This document shows, one piece after another, positions 9,113 to 20,233 of a stretch of DNA of 64,000 nucleotides. The translations under genes and the position numbers were made by a program. The first letter of the stretch is position 1. Each line of letters opens with the position of its first letter. The notes beneath the pieces are model-generated. The model did no database searches, was not told where the DNA came from, and worked only from the letters and a program-made list of their open reading frames with translations. The DNA is from Candidatus Aquilonibacter sp. Lineage in GTDB: Bacteria > Acidobacteriota > Terriglobia > Terriglobales > Acidobacteriaceae. The stretch lies in assembly GCA_035504135.1 (NCBI GenBank), contig DATJSM010000012.1, forward strand, positions 67,701 through 131,700. Direction: 5' to 3'.

Positions 9113-9847
9113 ATGATGAGCAGCTTCCCACCGTCCCAGTTTTCGATTCCCATCGGTCGCACGGGCTCCCTGGGCGCCAAGTTCTTCCTCATCATGCTGC
9201 TTGCTTTCGTGATGAGCATCTCGGGTCTGTTCGTGGAGCGTTTGACGACGGAGCGCGCGAACAATCATGGCCTATTAGCGGCGTCGGCAGAGTATCCGAC
9301 GGAGCAGCCGAAGAGTGTGCTTGGAATTCGACTGGCTGACTCCTATCGTTCGACGCGGCGTTCGCTGCACTACATCACCCTGTTTCTCGGACTTGTTTTT
9401 TTGACGTATTTCCTTTTTGAGGTGCACACCGCAAAGAGAGTGCATCCGGCGCAGTATGCGCTGGTGGGAGTCGCGCAGACGGTCTTCTACCTTCTCCTGT
9501 TGTCGTTCGCGGAGCATCTGGGCTTCGATCTAAGCTTTCTGATTGCCGGCGCATCGACCATCGCGCTGCTTTCCATCAACGCAGACTGGATCTTCCGGAG
9601 CCGCCAGCTTGCGTTGCGCGCACTGGCGGTATTCACAGCGCTTTATAGCTTCATCTATGTGCTGCTTCGTGTGGAGGCGTATGCGCTGCTGGTTGGAGCG
9701 ATTACGAGCTTCGTAGCTGTCTGTGCCGCGATGTATGTCACACGGAATGTCGACTGGTATCGAAGCGGCAGCAGTGCGACGTCAAGCTTTGCGTCCGTGC
9801 CTCCCGGTGCCCCCGGGGCGAGCGTTCGCGAATCGTGGTTGAAATGA
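9113..9847 (+). CDS. Short CreD-like inner membrane protein (periplasmic domain largely absent)
   Basis: YRSTRRSLHYITLFLGLVFLTYFLFEV, VHPAQYALVG, FYLLLLSFAEHLGF, YALLVGA, AMYVTRNVDWY are CreD C-terminal motifs; only 244 aa. Confidence 0.8.
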   Translation: MMSSFPPSQFSIPIGRTGSLGAKFFLIMLLAFVMSISGLFVERLTTERANNHGLLAASAEYPTEQPKSVLGIRLADSYRSTRRSLHYITLFLGLVFLTYFLFEVHTAKRVHPAQYALVGVAQTVFYLLLLSFAEHLGFDLSFLIAGASTIALLSINADWIFRSRQLALRALAVFTALYSFIYVLLRVEAYALLVGAITSFVAVCAAMYVTRNVDWYRSGSSATSSFASVPPGAPGASVRESWLK

Positions 9848-10075
9848 GGCATGACCACGAGTTCAGATTTGGTCGAAAGCTTCGCAACATTGTCCAAGAC
9901 GAAGGCCTTGCGTGTCAGCGAGACAGCCTGTGGGACATTGTCGATTCCTATTCCGCTTTTCGGCACCGCTCATCCTGGTCGTAAGAGTTCGCGAGGCGAC
10001 GTCTCACGTTCGCAAGTGCATAATGTGACCTGATGCCGAGGCTATTCGCGGCTCACGGCCAAGGCGGAAGGTGCG

Positions 10076-11509
10076 ATGAATACAAGCAGAACACGGGTGG
10101 GGCTGGCAGGGATAGGACTGGAGGCGTATTGGCCGCAGTTCGCCGGCCTGGAAGAGCGGCTGAGAGGCTATGTCGCGAAGGCCGCGGAAAAGATCTCTGC
10201 GATGGGCGTGGAGGTTGTCGACCTGGGGATGGTGGACACGGCGCAAAAGGGCGTCGAGGCAGGGCACCGTCTGCGCCGGGAAGATGTCGACATTCTGGTG
10301 ATCTATGCGATGACGTACGCCTTGAGCTCGAGCGTGTTGCCGATGATCCAGCGGGCGCGCGTTCCAGTCTTGCTGTTGAATCTGCAACCGGATCTCGCGA
10401 TCGATTATGCAGCCTTCAACGCACTGCGCGACCGTACCCGAATGACGGGTGAGTGGCTGGCGTGGTGTGGAACGTGTCCGGTGCCGGAGATTGCAAATGT
10501 AATGCGTCGCGCGGGGATTTCTGTGCACCAGGTCACGGGCGTTCTTGAAGACGATCCTGATTGCTGGATTGAGATTGAGCAGTGGATGAGAGCGGCGAAC
10601 GTGGTCGCGACGCTGGCGGCAAACCGCATTGGGCTACTGGGCCACTACTACTCCGGGATGCTGGACATTTATACGGATGTGACTGCCTTGTGCATCACCT
10701 TTGGCGGCGTGGTGGAGATGCTGGAGGTGGATGAGCTGAGCGCGCTGCGCGAGCAGGTGACACAAGAGGAGATCGGACTTCGCGTGCGGGAGTTTCAGTC
10801 ACACTTCGCGGTGGAGTCCGGATGTGCTTCGAGCGAACTGGAGCGAGCAGCACGCACCTCGGTCGCACTCGATCGGATGGTGGAACAGAACGAGCTGACT
10901 GCTTTGGCGTACTACCACAAGGGCACAGGGGTTCCGGCGAATGAAGATACGATGAGCTCGATCATTCTGGGGACCTCGCTGCTGACCGCGCGCGGTGTGC
11001 CGGTTGCCGGCGAGTACGAGGTGAAAAACGTACTGGCGATGAAGATTATGGATCGTCTGGGTGCAGGAGGATCCTTCACCGAGTTTTATGCGCTTGATTT
11101 GAGGGACGACGTGGTGCTGATGGGGCACGACGGTCCGGGGCACACCGGAATTGCGGAAGGAAAGCCGCTGGTGCGTCCGCTGGATGTATATCACGGCAAG
11201 GTGGGCCGCGGACTTTCGGTGGAGATGTCTGTGCGGAACGGTCCAGTGACCCTGCTCTCTGTTGTAGAGGATCCTGGCACCGGCAAGTTTCTGCTTTTGA
11301 TTGCGGAAGGGATCGTTGAGAGCGGACCGCGGCTGGAAATTGGAAACACGAACAGCCGTTTTCGTTTTTCGCTGGGCGCGCGTGGCTTTGTGAATGCGTG
11401 GAATGCGCAGGGGCCCGCTCATCATTGTGCGGTGGGCGTCGGTCATCATGCCGAGGAGCTTGAGAAGATCGCCGCGCTGCTAGATATCAAAGCGGTGCGC
11501 GTATGTTGA
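10076..11509 (+). CDS. L-fucose/L-arabinose isomerase family protein
   Basis: CPVPEIANV, VAGEYE, GGSFTEFY, MGHDGPGH, GPVTLLS, GPAHHCAVGVGH. Confidence 0.85.
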   Translation: MNTSRTRVGLAGIGLEAYWPQFAGLEERLRGYVAKAAEKISAMGVEVVDLGMVDTAQKGVEAGHRLRREDVDILVIYAMTYALSSSVLPMIQRARVPVLLLNLQPDLAIDYAAFNALRDRTRMTGEWLAWCGTCPVPEIANVMRRAGISVHQVTGVLEDDPDCWIEIEQWMRAANVVATLAANRIGLLGHYYSGMLDIYTDVTALCITFGGVVEMLEVDELSALREQVTQEEIGLRVREFQSHFAVESGCASSELERAARTSVALDRMVEQNELTALAYYHKGTGVPANEDTMSSIILGTSLLTARGVPVAGEYEVKNVLAMKIMDRLGAGGSFTEFYALDLRDDVVLMGHDGPGHTGIAEGKPLVRPLDVYHGKVGRGLSVEMSVRNGPVTLLSVVEDPGTGKFLLLIAEGIVESGPRLEIGNTNSRFRFSLGARGFVNAWNAQGPAHHCAVGVGHHAEELEKIAALLDIKAVRVC

Positions 11510-13008
11510 GGGCCTTTGCAACAGTTGCGCTGGTTTCGATCGGATGCAGGTTCTGCGCGGCCCAGGTGTCGCCGACCGCCCCGCAGAAGATCATTGTGGA
11601 TTGGGACAAAGACCACAGACCGTTGAAGACTGTGGCGTCACTGCAGGTTGTAGTCAATCCGTTGTTGCGGCGCGGGTCGCCAATCCATGATCGCGCGTTT
11701 GCGGAATTGAAGTCGTTGGGCGCGGACTACGTTCGCTACGTTCCGTGGATTCCGTATCCGCGTCTTGCTGTCGCCGAGCTGGAGCCGCCGACGAAAGAGA
11801 AGACCTCCTGGGATTTCAGCCTGATCGATCCGATGACGATTGATTTTCTGCATGCCACGGCGGGTCATTCGACCATCATGAACTTTTCGACGCAGCCTGC
11901 ATGGCTGTTTGTGCAGAAGAAGCCCGTGACCGTCTCAGCAGACCCGAACGCGGTGCAATGGAACTATGTGCAGGGCAAGCAGCTGCGCGATGCAAGCGGC
12001 GGCGAGCTGGCTGACTACTACGGCCGCCTGGTGAGCTGGTATACGCGCGGCGGATTCACCGATGAATTAGGGCATCGGCACGAATCGGGTTACCATTTCC
12101 GATTCCCGTGGTGGGAGGTGTTTAACGAAATCGATGGAGAACACCAGCCGACACCGCAGCAATACGTGACGGAGTATGACGCGGTTGTGACGCGACTCCA
12201 TGCGATCGATCCAAAGATGAAGTTCGTTGGCCTGGCGCTGGCGTTTCCCGAGCGGGAGCCGGATATGGTCGAGTACTTCTTCAATCATCAGCACCATAAG
12301 GCCGGTGTGCCGATCGACATGGTGAGCTATCACTTTTATGCTTCTCCGCGATTTGAGCAGACGGTCGATAGCTGGCAATATTCATTTTTCGATCAGGCGG
12401 ATGGCTTCCTTGCGACGATGCGTTATGCGGACGCGATTCGGAGACGACTCTCTCCAGAGACGATGACTGCGTTCGATGAGGTGGGAACGGAGTTGCCGAC
12501 GGACTGGCACCCAGACAAGCCGAACGAAGCGGGACCGCCGATCCCGGCCGTCTACTGGAACGCATCGGCGGCCGTGTTTGGGTACGTCTTTCTTGAAGCG
12601 GCGAAGATGGGCATCGATGTGGTGAATGAATCGCAGCTGGTTGGATTTCCGTCGCAGTTTCCGAGCGTGACGATGCTGGATTGGAAATCGGGTGCGCCGA
12701 ATGCGCGGTTCGAAGCGTTGCGCCTGCTCATAAGGTATGCCCACAGCGGAGGCACGATAGTGGCAACGAAGGTCTTCCCACATGACCATGACGTCGACGC
12801 GCTGGCGTTTGAGGAGGATGGTGCGCATCGATTGCTGATCGTCAATAAGCGAAACCGCAGTATTTCTGTTCAGGTGCCGGAAGAGTTTGTGAACGGGGCC
12901 GTCCATGTGGTTGCTGCCGGAGCGCAGCCGGCGCGGTTGGCGAGCGACGAATATGCGTTGCCGCCGTTCGCGGTGACCGTTCTGGAAGGCGCGCAGCAAA
13001 ATCGTTGA
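11503..13008 (+). CDS. Secreted clan-A glycoside hydrolase (GH39-like)
   Basis: Signal peptide; WEVFNE (acid/base); DMVSYHFY; FDEVG (nucleophile); C-terminal beta-sandwich. Confidence 0.75.
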   Translation: MLRAFATVALVSIGCRFCAAQVSPTAPQKIIVDWDKDHRPLKTVASLQVVVNPLLRRGSPIHDRAFAELKSLGADYVRYVPWIPYPRLAVAELEPPTKEKTSWDFSLIDPMTIDFLHATAGHSTIMNFSTQPAWLFVQKKPVTVSADPNAVQWNYVQGKQLRDASGGELADYYGRLVSWYTRGGFTDELGHRHESGYHFRFPWWEVFNEIDGEHQPTPQQYVTEYDAVVTRLHAIDPKMKFVGLALAFPEREPDMVEYFFNHQHHKAGVPIDMVSYHFYASPRFEQTVDSWQYSFFDQADGFLATMRYADAIRRRLSPETMTAFDEVGTELPTDWHPDKPNEAGPPIPAVYWNASAAVFGYVFLEAAKMGIDVVNESQLVGFPSQFPSVTMLDWKSGAPNARFEALRLLIRYAHSGGTIVATKVFPHDHDVDALAFEEDGAHRLLIVNKRNRSISVQVPEEFVNGAVHVVAAGAQPARLASDEYALPPFAVTVLEGAQQNR

Positions 13009-13038
13009 GCTGTTTTAGGTAAGAGGGTTGGGCGACGT

Positions 13039-13533
13039 TCAGGCGCGTTGCGCGGCGGAAAAGAGGTAGTCCATGGGCCACGTAGGACGGAAGCCATTCT
13101 GGCGAACCAACGTGGCGAGCTGCGCGTAGTGGCGGATGCTGTGGAGCGTGAGGTGGACGAGGACGGTCTCGCGGGAGGCGCGCAGGCGGCCGAGCGAGAT
13201 GGTGTCGAAGGTGAGCTCGACCGACCAGTCGTAGTCGGGGTCGGCGAGGAGGTTGCGGACGAGCGAGATTGCGAGTTCGTGCGCCGCAACAATGGAGTCG
13301 ATTGAATCTTTGACGACCTCTTCGTAGGGAGACTCGGGAAGGCTGGAAAGGCGCTGTGCGTAGCGCAGTTCGACGGCGACGATATGTTGCAACGTGTCGG
13401 CGATGGTTTTGCCGTTGCGGATGTCGCAGGGCAGCGTGAGGATGATGGGATTGGCAAGGATGAAGCTGCGCCAACGCTGCGTGGTGTTGTCGTTCCAGTC
13501 GAGGAGCTTTTCAGCGGAGATGGTGAGTGGCAT
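13039..13533 (-). CDS. DinB family protein
   Basis: TLQHIVAVE..Y, HLTLHSIRHYAQLATLVRQNG metal-binding His triad. Confidence 0.85.
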   Translation of the reverse strand: MPLTISAEKLLDWNDNTTQRWRSFILANPIILTLPCDIRNGKTIADTLQHIVAVELRYAQRLSSLPESPYEEVVKDSIDSIVAAHELAISLVRNLLADPDYDWSVELTFDTISLGRLRASRETVLVHLTLHSIRHYAQLATLVRQNGFRPTWPMDYLFSAAQRA

Positions 13534-13569
13534 GGGATGCGCCTGTGGCTTGTTCCGGGAGAAGTGTAA

Positions 13570-13612
13570 ACCCCACGCAGGACGATGGTAAGACTATCGT
13601 CCTGCGTGGGGT
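13570..13612 (-). terminator. 20-bp stem hairpin ending the leu-ilv operon
   Basis: ACCCCACGCAGGACGATGGT-aag-ACTATCGTCCTGCGTGGGGT, 21 bp after the ilvC stop. Confidence 0.7.
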
Positions 13613-13633
13613 GGATGGTGAAAGGCCTGGAGG

Positions 13634-15350
<1,717 letters not shown>

Positions 15351-15358
15351 GGTGCCTC

Positions 15359-15386
15359 AGTGAATAGTGAGTACTGAATAGTGAAT
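15359..15386. repeat. Heptamer tandem array (4 units) upstream of the ilvN RBS
   Basis: AGTGAAT AGTGAGT ACTGAAT AGTGAAT. Confidence 0.85.
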
Positions 15387-15390
15387 AAGG

Positions 15391-15924
15391 CTACGACGAT
15401 GGTGGGGCGTCAGGGTTCCAGAGTTCGGTCTGTTTGTCGTCGGCGTGGAGGAGGACGCCGTCGCCGCGGTCTTTGTTGGAGAAGCTGCCGAGGGTGTAGT
15501 CGCCGGCGGCGTGATAGCTGGGGCCGCAGGGAAGTTTGCCGGTGGTGTACTTTTCGTCCGCGCATTTTGCGCCCCGATAGATGTGGAACCAGATCATCGG
15601 GTCGCGGGCGTCGACGAATTTTTGAGAGATGTGGAGTTTGTCGAAGCTGTGCGAGCCGGCGGCATCGTGGAGTTGCCAGATGATGGCGGCGATCTGGTCG
15701 TCGGTGGCGTTGTCAGAGGTGACGAGGGTGATGGAGTTGTCGGTGGTGTGGAAGACCTTGAAGGGTGGTGGTGGTGTATTGGGGCGTGGTGGGTAAGTAG
15801 ATTTTGCAACGATAGGTGTCGACGGCGCGGGAGTGGGTGCGGGTGCGGATTTGCAGCCGAGCGCGAGGGCTGACGTTGCCAAGAGCAGAGTCGATCGGAT
15901 TCGCGTGCTGTTGAGGCTAGGCAT
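15391..15924 (-). CDS. Hypothetical lipoprotein
   Basis: Lipobox LALGC after a hydrophobic stretch; Pro/Thr linker; start uncertain (ATG 15924). Confidence 0.7.
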   Translation of the reverse strand: MPSLNSTRIRSTLLLATSALALGCKSAPAPTPAPSTPIVAKSTYPPRPNTPPPPFKVFHTTDNSITLVTSDNATDDQIAAIIWQLHDAAGSHSFDKLHISQKFVDARDPMIWFHIYRGAKCADEKYTTGKLPCGPSYHAAGDYTLGSFSNKDRGDGVLLHADDKQTELWNPDAPPSS

Positions 15925-15984
15925 TTTGGGGATCGAATTCAACCTCTAAATTGTTGGTGCATCTGCTAAGCGCTCGGCCAAATC

Positions 15985-16272
15985 TCAACGTTTGTCGCCG
16001 TATGCGCAGTCGTCTCGGTGAAGCATCAATCCAACTTCCGAGCCTCGAGCAAAATGGTTGAGCCCGGCGGCTTCAGGATGCAAAGCTAAGCTGCAATCTT
16101 CCTTGTACTCAGCCATTGAATTGAAAAGAGAGCCAAGAAAACGGAAAGTATCAGCGTTCCCTTCGATGAGAATGAACTGACCAGTCCAATCCGATTCATC
16201 ATCCTTTACCGTGCGCAATGCGGTAAACAATTTGTTGGTGTTTGCTGAAAGAACCTCGTTCGTTGTGGCCAT
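15985..16272 (-). CDS. Small AT-richer hypothetical protein, Imm32-like
   Basis: ILIEGNADTFRFLGSLF...DCSLALHP.AAG...F...SEVGLMLHR; ATG directly follows the ilvB TAG. Confidence 0.6.
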   Translation of the reverse strand: MATTNEVLSANTNKLFTALRTVKDDESDWTGQFILIEGNADTFRFLGSLFNSMAEYKEDCSLALHPEAAGLNHFARGSEVGLMLHRDDCAYGDKR

Positions 16273-18024
16273 CTACTCGTCCTCCGCGGTTTCGAGGAGG
16301 GGATCTTTTTGTGGGCGGCGGACCATCTCGTGGAGGGCGGCGCCGGGAGTGATCATTGGGTAGACGCCGTCTTCTTTCTCTACGGAGAAGTTGATGAGGA
16401 AGGGCTTGCCGGATGTTCGGGCCTTTGTCGCGGTGGGGATGACGTCGGGGCGCTTGGTGACGTTGGCGGCGTCGATGCCGTGCGCGGCGGCGAGCATGAC
16501 GAAGTCGGGCGAGAGGATGGGTGAGGCGGAGTAGTTCTTGTCGTAGAAGGTCTCCTGCCACTGGCGCACCATGCCGAGGAAGCCGTTGTTGATGACGGCG
16601 ATGTTGATGGCGAGCTTTTCCTGCACGATGGTAGAGAGTTCGGAGGCGGTCATCTGGAAGCCGCCGTCGCCGGCGATGACCCAGACGTCTTTTTCAGGGC
16701 AGGCGAACTTCGCGCCGATGGCGGCGGGCAGAGCGAAGCCCATGGTGCCGAGGCCGCCGGAGGTGACGAGCGAACGCGGCGACTCGTGCTTGAAGTACTG
16801 CGCCTCCCACATCTGGTGCTGGCCGACGTCGGTGACGATGATGGTGTTTTCGAGGCGGCCGGCGGCCTGCGCTTCGCGCCAGATGTCGTGGATGACGTGC
16901 GCGGCGTAGAGGTGGCCGTTGTCGGGGAGGTTGATGATGTCGCGGACGGCGGCGGTGCCTTTGCTGGCGTTGATCTCGCGCAGCCAGGAGGTGTCGGTGC
17001 TCTTCGGCATGAGCGGCAGAAGAAGCTGGAGGACCTCTTTGAGGTCGCCGATGAGCGCGACATCGGCGCGGACGTTCTTGTTGATCTCGGAGGGGTCGAT
17101 TTCGATGTGAATCTTTTTTGCGGTTGGAGCGTAGTGCGCGAGGTTGCCGGTAACGCGGTCGTCGAAGCGCATGCCGAAGGCGAGGAGGAGATCGGACTGC
17201 TGGATGGCGTTGTTCACCCACGATTCGCCGTGCATGCCCATCATGCCGAGCGAGAGTGGATGGCCGGCAGGGATGGCGCCGAGGCCGAGCAGCGTGGAGG
17301 CGATAGGGATTTGTTGAGATTCGGCGAAGGCGAGGACTTCGCGCTCGGCGCCGGATTCGATGATGCCGTGGCCGGCGAGGATGACCGGCCTTTTTGCCTG
17401 CTTGATGAGCTCGATGGCTTCGCGGATCGCGGAGGACTCGGCGCGCAGCATTGGGTGCGGGCGGTACGGCGCGGGCTTTGCGGCGTCGAAGTCGAAGATG
17501 GCGGACGCTTGTTGCGCGTCCTTGGTGATGTCGATGAGGACGGGGCCGGGGCGGCCGGATGTAGCGATCTGAAAGGCCTGGCGCACGGCGGGTGCGATGT
17601 CTTCAGCGCGGGTGACAAGGAAGTTGTGCTTGGTGATGGGCAGGGTGATGCCGGTGATGTCGATTTCTTGAAACGCGTCGCTGCCGAGGACCTTGGAGGA
17701 GACCTGGCCGGTGATGGCGATGACGGGGATGGAGTCGAGCATGGCGGTGGCGAGGCCGGTGACGAGGTTGGTCGCGCCGGGGCCGGAGGTGGCCATGCAG
17801 ACGCCGGGACGTCCGCCGGCGCGCGCGTAGCCATCGGCCATGTGCGCTGCGCCCTGCTCGTGCCGCACCAGCACGTGGTGGATGGTGGGGAACTTGCGCA
17901 GCGCGTCGTAGACCGGAAGGATGGCTCCGCCGGGATAGCCGAAGACGGTGGTGACGCCTTCGCCGGCGAGTGAGGCCCAGAGGATCTCGGAGCCGGTGAG
18001 CGTGGGATGTTGGTTGGAGTTCAT
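16273..18024 (-). CDS. ilvB: Acetolactate synthase large subunit (biosynthetic)
   Basis: VFGYPGGAILP, RHEQGAAH, TSGPGATN, DVGQHQMW, GDGGFQM ThDP motif. Confidence 0.98.
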   Translation of the reverse strand: MNSNQHPTLTGSEILWASLAGEGVTTVFGYPGGAILPVYDALRKFPTIHHVLVRHEQGAAHMADGYARAGGRPGVCMATSGPGATNLVTGLATAMLDSIPVIAITGQVSSKVLGSDAFQEIDITGITLPITKHNFLVTRAEDIAPAVRQAFQIATSGRPGPVLIDITKDAQQASAIFDFDAAKPAPYRPHPMLRAESSAIREAIELIKQAKRPVILAGHGIIESGAEREVLAFAESQQIPIASTLLGLGAIPAGHPLSLGMMGMHGESWVNNAIQQSDLLLAFGMRFDDRVTGNLAHYAPTAKKIHIEIDPSEINKNVRADVALIGDLKEVLQLLLPLMPKSTDTSWLREINASKGTAAVRDIINLPDNGHLYAAHVIHDIWREAQAAGRLENTIIVTDVGQHQMWEAQYFKHESPRSLVTSGGLGTMGFALPAAIGAKFACPEKDVWVIAGDGGFQMTASELSTIVQEKLAINIAVINNGFLGMVRQWQETFYDKNYSASPILSPDFVMLAAAHGIDAANVTKRPDVIPTATKARTSGKPFLINFSVEKEDGVYPMITPGAALHEMVRRPQKDPLLETAEDE

Positions 18025-18027
18025 TGC

Positions 18028-18327
18028 TTATCTCCCGAATATCTTGTAAAGCTCCCAAAGAAGCCAAATCCAGCAAAGTATTATCGGCCACCATGTCAGG
18101 TGTCGCTTCTTCTGAGTGATTGTCTGTTCGCCCTCTGGAACTCGTGATCGCCGGCGCAGTGCGCTGACGAGCAGTACGTTTGCGGCGACAATGGCTCCGG
18201 CACATATCCAGAGGAAGGTTTTGAGCAGCATTGTTGGCGGTGCAAGGAAAGCCGCCAGGACGCACCCGAGAACTGTCAAGACCTCATAAATCACGATGAA
18301 GAGGGCGCGGGGTAGCGGCTTCTTCAT
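18028..18327 (-). CDS. Small membrane protein (3 TM)
   Basis: MKKPLPRALFIVIYEVLTVLGCVLAAF...WWPIILCWIWLLW; stop 3 bp before the ilvB start. Confidence 0.6.
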   Translation of the reverse strand: MKKPLPRALFIVIYEVLTVLGCVLAAFLAPPTMLLKTFLWICAGAIVAANVLLVSALRRRSRVPEGEQTITQKKRHLTWWPIILCWIWLLWELYKIFGR

Positions 18328-18370
18328 CGGAGGTACTGTAGTCGAATTCGTCTGCGCGTCCAAGATTGAA

Positions 18371-18433
18371 ACCTCAGGAGCTAAAGCCCGGATAGTGCGG
18401 CGGAGATTGCGGCACGGCTGAAGCCGTGCCCTT
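18371..18433. repeat. REP-like palindromic element (GGCT-AA/GA-AGCC family, paired units)
   Basis: CCTCAGGAGCTAAAGCCC...GGCACGGCT-GA-AGCCGTGCC-CTT; resembles repeats recalled from Acidobacteria. Confidence 0.65.
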
Positions 18434-18444
18434 AACAAAACGAG

Positions 18445-20196
18445 TTACGTGGTCACAGCTCCTTCGCTGGCGCTCGAGACGGTGTTGGCGTATTTGGCGA
18501 AGACGCCGCGCTTGAAGCGTGGTTCGGGGGCTTTGAAGTTTTTGAGGCGTGACCTCATCTCTTCGTCGGAGATGTTGAGCGTGAGTTTGCGGTTGGGGAT
18601 GTCGAAGGTGATGGTGTCGCCTTCGCGGACGGCGGCGATGGGGCCGCCGAGCTGGGCTTCGGGGGCGACGTGGCCGGCCATGAGGCCGCGCGTCGCACCG
18701 GAGAAACGGCCGTCGGTTAATAGCGCAACTGTCTCCGACAGTTCCGGGATTCCTTTAATGGCAGCGGTGACGGCAAGCATCTCGCGCATGCCGGGGCCGC
18801 CGCGCGGACCTTCGTAGCGGATGACGAGGACGTCGTTCGGGTTGATCTTGCCATGCTCGACGGCTTCGAATGCGGCGTCCTCGGAGTCGAAGACGCGCGC
18901 GGTGCCGGTGTGGTTCAGGCGCTCGTGGCCGGCGACCTTGACGACGCAGCCCTCGGGCGCGAGATTGCCCTTCAGGATGACGAGGCCGCCGGTGGGCTTG
19001 AGCGGATTTTCCCACGCGTGGATGACGGGCTGGCCGGGTGTCTCCTGTGCGGAGGCGGCTTCCTCGCGGAGAGTCTTGCCGGTGACGGTGGGCGTTGAGC
19101 CGTGCAGCAGGCCCTTGTCGACGAGACGTTTTGCCAGCAGACGCGAGCCGCCGGCGTCCTGATAGTCGCGGGCGACGAACTTGCCGCCGGGCTGCAGATC
19201 GCAGATGAACGGCGTCTTCTCGCTGATGCGGTCGAAGTCGTCCATTGTTAGCGGGATCTTGAGCTCATGCGCGATGGCGATGAGATGGAGCACGGCGTTG
19301 GTGCTGCCTCCGGAGGCGCAGACGGCGGCGATGGCGTTCTCGATGGATTCGCGCGTGATGATCTGCGAGGGCTTGATGCCGGAGCGAACGAGCTCCATGA
19401 CGAGGCGGCCGGCCTCGTGCGATGCCGTCCTTTTGTCGGGATACATGGCGGGGACGCCGGAGATCTGGATGGGCGAGATGCCGAGGAACTCGCCGGACAT
19501 CGCCATGGTGTTGGCGGTGAACTGCCCGCCGCAAGCGCCGGGGCCGGGGCACGCTGAGGCTTCGACGGCTTCGAGCTGCGCGTCGTTGATCTTGCCGGCG
19601 GCGTGCGCGCCGATGGCCTCGAAGACCTGCTGCACGGTGATGTCGATTTCTTTATCGCCACTCTTCGCGCCCGCAACCTCGGGGATGTTGCCCGGCAGCG
19701 GCTTTCCATCGGTGCCGACGTGGAGATGGCCGGGAAGAATGGAGCCGCCGTAGAGCATGAGGCCGGGGATATCGAGCCGGCAGAGCGCCATGATGGAGGC
19801 GGGCATGTTCTTGTCGCAGCCGGCGATGCAGACGAGGCCGTCGAAGGAGTTGCCGCGGGTGACGAGCTCGATGGAATCGGCGATGACCTCGCGCGAGATC
19901 AGCGAGGCCTTCATGCCTTCGGTACCCATGGTGATGCCGTCGTTGATGGTGACGGTGTTGAACTCCATGGGCGTTCCGCCGGCTTCGCGGATGCCCTGCT
20001 TGACGGCTTCCGCGATGTCGCGCAGGTGGTAGTTGCAGGGGCCGACCTCGGACCACGTGTTCGCGACGCCGATGATGGGCTTGTGCAGATCGTCTTTGCT
20101 GAAGCCGACGGCGCGGAGCATGGCGCGCGCGGCGGCGCGGTGCGGGCCTTCGGTGAGTGCGACGGAGTTTGTTTTGCCTTGCGGGGTGTTGCTCAT
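18445..20196 (-). CDS. ilvD: Dihydroxy-acid dehydratase
   Basis: PCNYHL, DGITMGTEGM, GCDKNMP, CPGPGACGGQFTANTM, GGSTNAVLH, EGPRGGPGMREM, TDGRFSG. Confidence 0.98.
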   Translation of the reverse strand: MSNTPQGKTNSVALTEGPHRAAARAMLRAVGFSKDDLHKPIIGVANTWSEVGPCNYHLRDIAEAVKQGIREAGGTPMEFNTVTINDGITMGTEGMKASLISREVIADSIELVTRGNSFDGLVCIAGCDKNMPASIMALCRLDIPGLMLYGGSILPGHLHVGTDGKPLPGNIPEVAGAKSGDKEIDITVQQVFEAIGAHAAGKINDAQLEAVEASACPGPGACGGQFTANTMAMSGEFLGISPIQISGVPAMYPDKRTASHEAGRLVMELVRSGIKPSQIITRESIENAIAAVCASGGSTNAVLHLIAIAHELKIPLTMDDFDRISEKTPFICDLQPGGKFVARDYQDAGGSRLLAKRLVDKGLLHGSTPTVTGKTLREEAASAQETPGQPVIHAWENPLKPTGGLVILKGNLAPEGCVVKVAGHERLNHTGTARVFDSEDAAFEAVEHGKINPNDVLVIRYEGPRGGPGMREMLAVTAAIKGIPELSETVALLTDGRFSGATRGLMAGHVAPEAQLGGPIAAVREGDTITFDIPNRKLTLNISDEEMRSRLKNFKAPEPRFKRGVFAKYANTVSSASEGAVTT

Positions 20197-20233
20197 TACA
20201 GGGGCTTCTCCTGAGTGGGTGCTGCGGCGTGCG

